Translations under genes and position numbers: made by a program
Notes under the pieces: model-generated
What the model saw: the letters and a program-made list of their open reading frames with translations, nothing else
What the model was told of the DNA's origin: nothing
Databases searched by the model: none
NCBI GenBank assembly: GCA_038087875.1
Contig: CM075998.1
Span: 1,674,001-1,738,000, forward strand
Direction of reading: 5' to 3'
DNA from: Malacoraja senta
Lineage: Eukaryota
DNA: 64,000 nucleotides
In this document: in pieces, positions 60,701-64,000 of the stretch
Position numbering within the stretch: position 1 is the stretch's first letter
How the letters are laid out: every line of letters begins with the position of its first letter

Positions 60701-63579
60701 AAACAGGACTGTCATGATATTTACATAACATTTTAGTGTGCATAAAACAAACTGCTGGAGGAGCTCAGCGGGTCAGGCAGCATCTGTGGAGGGAAATCGA
60801 CAGAGAGCATCATCAGTCTCAAGTGTCCCAACCTGAAATGTCTTCTGTCCATTTCCCTCCACAGATGCTGCCTAGCCGACTGAGTTCCTCCAGCACTGTG
60901 TCTTCCCACACCAGATTCCAGCATCTGAAGTCTCTTGTGTTTTTAGTAACATCGGTTGGGAGATAAACATTGACCAGGGCACCAAAGATTATTCTAGTAT
61001 TTATTTGGAGCTTATATTCTCGATGACAGACACTTAGTTTAATGTCACACTGTAGATTGCACATCCAAAAGTGAAGCATTTCCTTAGCACTGAACAGAGC
61101 CATCAGCTTAGATTAAGTTCTGAGTCTCTGGACTGGATCGGCACCTTCCAACTATTTGCGACCAGATTCAAAGTTAACGTGTAGTTGATGTAGATATAGA
61201 TACAGATTTCGGCCCCAGTAAAAATACAACAACCAGAGTAGACCTTTTGACATCAGTACAATACAGCACCAGGCCTTTACCACTTTGAGATCATCAGTGG
61301 ATCGGGAGAGCTGAGAGTCCCCAGCAGTATCATCTGCAGATGCAACAAGGAGCCAGCTGTAAATAAAGGGCAAGCCTCGAGTTCAATGACATTTTACTCG
61401 AGTGCGAATTAGGATGTCTAGGCGAGTGTTAGCAGAAAGAAAAAGTAGGCGCAAAAAATATTGCTAGTGATGCCAACAGTCCATATTATATGAACATTCT
61501 GATTAGCTTGGCAAATTGCACAAAGAGCAAAAGTAAACAATGGGAATTTGGAGTGAAGACAAGCACTTGAAAAATCAGGTGGAAACGGCCCCCGTCATAT
61601 TTGCGCCTCACAAAATATTACTAAATTCGACTGTACAGAAATTAAGCCAAAAGTGAAGTTCAGGGAAATCCTAAGGGTGGCACGGTGGCACAGCAGTAGA
61701 ATTGCTGCCTTATTGCAGCCAGAGACCCGGGTTCAACCCTGACAACAGGGTCTGTCTGCACAGAGTTTGTACGTTCTCCTTGCGAGCGTGTGGCTTTTCT
61801 CCGGGTGCTCCGGTTTCCTCCCACATTCCAAAGATGTGCAGGTTTGCAGGTTAATTAGTTCCGCAAATTGTTCCTAGTGTGTAGGATATAACTTGTGTAC
61901 CGGTGATCGTTGGTTGGTGCGGACTCAGTGGGTCGATGGGTCTGTTTCCACACTGTATGTCTAAACTAAAACCAAATTGTTACTACTAGGATTCTTTGTT
62001 AGTTATGTGGTAAGCGAGGATAAGAATTTTATTAGAATTACAGACCAAAAAAAGAACACGAGTTATATTCTTAAACCAAAATTTGAAGGCTCTGACATTT
62101 TAGGCTACGAGACTAGAAATGACAAGTCAATCTATAACCTGGCATTTGAAATAGTGTTAAATGATTACACAATTACTAACTTGCAGTCTGCAACGTCAGA
62201 ATTTTACTCCAGATTTACATTTGCTACAAGTCTGGATCCTACACTTCAACTCGCCATTAACCTCAAGCACTTTGTTAATTTTACCCCAGCAAAGATAAAT
62301 TGCTCATCTTCCATCAAGCAAAGTGAAACTGAAACCTAACAATGTTCACAAAGTAAGATTTCTGCTTTTTATGCAAGTAATGGAAACGCGATTGCTATCT
62401 TTTATTGAAAAATGTACTTTGTGACGAAGCAACTGCCACCGACACTAAGAAAAGGGCAAAACAAGTACTCTGGTTCACATTACCAAAATCATGTGTTAGT
62501 CGTGGTCTCGAGACTAGGCCAAACTGGCTTCCATTTTGTATATCTGGGTCAAGTGGCTCACATGGGCATGTCCCCCAATTAAAATGAATCTATCAAAGGA
62601 TTTACTCAAAGTACCTGCTTTTGGTGTCATGGTCACATTCTGAGGGATACCCATTTTTTCTTTTACCATTGAAGGAGGCTTGATCTCCTGTGTTGGATTC
62701 TGGATGTCAGAGTTCTTGGTTTTACTTGGAGTTGAACTTGTTTGGCAAGGGTCAAATCTAGAGAAAAATAAAGATAATGGAATTATATTGTAGGGATAAA
62801 ACTGAAAGACAAGGGCGAAAAACACAACATCACTGAATGCTATTGGTGATTCAGGAACTCAGTCCATTTAAATAAAACTTTAGCTACAACAAGCAGCAAG
62901 GACTGATTGAGATTATAATAGTTTGCACTACTTGGCGCGGACTCGAAACTAAATGAGTCTGAAGAAGGGTCTCCTTCAAGCCCATTCCTTCTATCCAGAG
63001 ATGCCGCTTGTTATGATGCCGAGTTACTCCAGCATTGTGTTTATCTTTGGTGTAAACCAGCATCTGCAGATGCTTCCTACACAAACTAAACCAAACCCGC
63101 ACACTAAATTTGTTTCATGCAAGAGTTGGCTTCGTCTATCTGCACAACAGCATTCTCTCGTCTATGGTTTCTTTGTCTACATGCTTCATTCTTTAACAAT
63201 TGGTGAATGTCCGAGAGAGTTTATTTTTTACTTACTGTTTTTCTTTCTTAGCTGCCACACTCCAGTCAATTTCTAAACTTGAAATGCTAGGATCAAAGTC
63301 TTGCTTCTCTTGGTGTGGCAGTTCACCAGAGCATCGGCCCGGGATAGGTATTGTTTCACCTGCAGCTGCATCCGTATCCGCCATTGCACAATTGCCACCC
63401 ACTAGATAACTTTCCTCAGATTCGAAGGACCCTTCCTTGGTTGCTGCCGAAGACAGCACTATCGTCTCATCACAGATTGCTTGCTTTGTGCTCACGGGCT
63501 CAGCTGATTTGGCTCCTCTGGCCATTGCAAAATTAAATGGAACTGGCCGGGTACAAGCTTTCTTGGCTGCCGTTTGTTT
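45651..63579 (-). CDS. TROAP: Trophinin-associated protein (tastin), last 13 coding exons, 5'-partial (~743 aa in window)
   Basis: Phase-consistent chain of 13 GT-AG exons (2232 nt). Motifs recognised from tastin: DFVGNPMALQSILSNVG, DQIVLRLF and C-terminal RFQETLLDEE...CTNPVAKILEQQDVMHFVPI. Confidence 0.85.
46557..46756 (-). CDS. TROAP: TROAP penultimate exon (...RFQETLLDEE...CTNPVAKILEQQDVM)
   Basis: gaccttcag|GC ... ATG|GTGAGT; conserved tastin C-terminal motif. Confidence 0.88.
46937..47330 (-). mobile_element. Rex1/Babar-type LINE 3' end
   Basis: HPGHSLFELLPSGRRYRSMRTRTNRLKNSFYP peptide, AATAAA and (TTCA)n tail. Confidence 0.8.
48383..48695 (+). mobile_element. HE1/V-SINE-like SINE
   Basis: Same family. 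Confidence 0.8.
48744..49191 (-). CDS. TROAP: TROAP exon (KIELLAQLLQKE...SSGQA)
   Basis: gcttttacag|AAA ... G|GTGAGT, 448 nt open, phase 0 to 1. Confidence 0.87.
49321..49449. mobile_element. Near-perfect ~130-bp palindrome (Penelope-derived) in a TROAP intron
   Basis: atgctggagaaactcagcggg...aacgtttcgg / ccgaaacgtt...cccgctgagtttctccagcat. Confidence 0.85.
50276..50437 (-). CDS. TROAP: TROAP exon (DQIVLRLFND...KVQEQ)
   Basis: ctattttag|GAT ... CAA|GTGATT, phase 0 to 0. Confidence 0.83.
50910..51005 (-). CDS. TROAP: TROAP exon (GATFKYVKW...KDPM)
   Basis: cattcttgcag|GGT ... ATG|GTGGGT, phase 0 to 0. Confidence 0.78.
52295..52410 (-). CDS. TROAP: TROAP exon (AMQTPDG...PPSSM)
   Basis: ttatctccag|CC ... 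ATG|GTCAGT, phase 1 to 0. Confidence 0.78.
53711..53798 (-). CDS. TROAP: TROAP exon (GEEPSESSS...PHAK)
   Basis: cctctctccag|GGG ... G|GTAGGT, phase 0 to 1. Confidence 0.78.
55057..55178 (-). CDS. TROAP: TROAP exon (ASEITTPNR...DDPDL)
   Basis: ttttctttcag|CT ... TTG|GTCTGT, phase 1 to 0. Confidence 0.75.
55670..55976 (+). mobile_element. HE1/V-SINE-like SINE
   Basis: Same family, (CTAAA)n tail. Confidence 0.82.
56427..56517 (-). CDS. TROAP: TROAP exon (IGRSSYMPCNRP...LDTK)
   Basis: ttttttttgcag|ATT ... G|GTAAGC, phase 0 to 1. Confidence 0.8.
58581..58735 (-). CDS. TROAP: TROAP exon (GNNKGMALG...QNPFM)
   Basis: cttaatgtag|GT ... ATG|GTAGGT, phase 1 to 0. Confidence 0.78.
58858..59022 (-). 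CDS. TROAP: TROAP exon (GNSDGDFVGNPMALQSILSNVG...NLNP)
   Basis: aattgtag|GC ... G|GTATTT, phase 1 to 1, conserved tastin motif. Confidence 0.87.
59960..60250 (+). mobile_element. HE1/V-SINE-like SINE
   Basis: Same family. Confidence 0.82.
61676..61975 (+). mobile_element. HE1/V-SINE-like SINE
   Basis: Same family. Confidence 0.82.
62615..62757 (-). CDS. TROAP: TROAP exon (FDPCQTSS...TPKA)
   Basis: tttttctctag|A ... G|GTACTT, phase 2 to 1. Confidence 0.82.
63236..63579 (-). CDS. TROAP: TROAP exon (KQTAAKKACTRPVPFNFAMARG...KEKQ)
   Basis: ttattctag|AAA ... CA|GTAAGT, phase 0 to 2. Confidence 0.85.
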
Positions 63580-64000
63580 CTAGAATAAGAAACAAAATTC
63601 AGAAGTAATGATCAACCATCTTCAGAACACAATGACAAAAACCGACAATACATTTACTGAATTCAGTGCCATTCAGCAAGAAAGAAAAACATTCAATTTG
63701 TTGATCTCAGACGTGGCAATCCACAATCACAATGGCCTAAAATTACATTTGAGCTACAGTGATAAAAATATTCTTTAATTTTTCTAAGATTGCTTATAAT
63801 TATACAACAAGGTTTTGTCTAGGAACTATTATGATTGGTACATAAACATTGGTATCAAGTGCAGCAAGTCATTCCAATGAGCACGCCCACTCGGTTAAAT
63901 TTGTCATCGTAAAATACATTTAAAGTTTTATCTGAACTAGCAGTGATAAAAACAAGTTTCAAATCAGTAAAAAAGGCCCCAACACAGAAACAGCCCAATT

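Noticed and set aside
61977-62339. 120-aa plus-strand ORF antisense to a TROAP intron
   Set aside because: TTG start, AT-rich, no recognisable domain or splice support

Overview
Eukaryotic vertebrate genomic DNA, most likely a cartilaginous fish (shark/skate/ray), judged from HE1/V-SINE-like, SacSINE1/DeuSINE-like, CR1 and Penelope-derived repeats plus an intact aqp14. Three spliced protein-coding genes lie head-to-tail on the minus strand. (1) The last 13 coding exons of TROAP (tastin), 45651-63579; its 5' end lies beyond the window. (2) A complete 5-exon aquaporin-14, 28996-37805, 279 aa, starting with a 15-nt coding micro-exon. (3) A complete 4-exon aquaporin-0/MIP, 5941-15329, 263 aa. Exon chains were rebuilt by hand from GT-AG sites and have consistent phases. 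Introns and intergenic DNA are dense in SINEs, LINE fragments, Penelope-derived hairpin elements, a Harbinger-type MITE and a small Helitron. Main items worth follow-up: a ~63-bp-period minisatellite amplified from inside a DeuSINE in aqp0 intron 1 that forms a homotypic array of MTF-1 metal-response-element cores; many minimal hammerhead-ribozyme-like motifs on TSD-flanked Penelope-derived elements; an AQP0 with an AQP1-like pore (F23/T149/C181, no His40); a strong in-frame cryptic splice acceptor in the aqp0 5' UTR that could allow aqp14-aqp0 chimeras; and a ~350-bp duplication shared by aqp0 intron 1 and the aqp14 3' flank, with asymmetric divergence.
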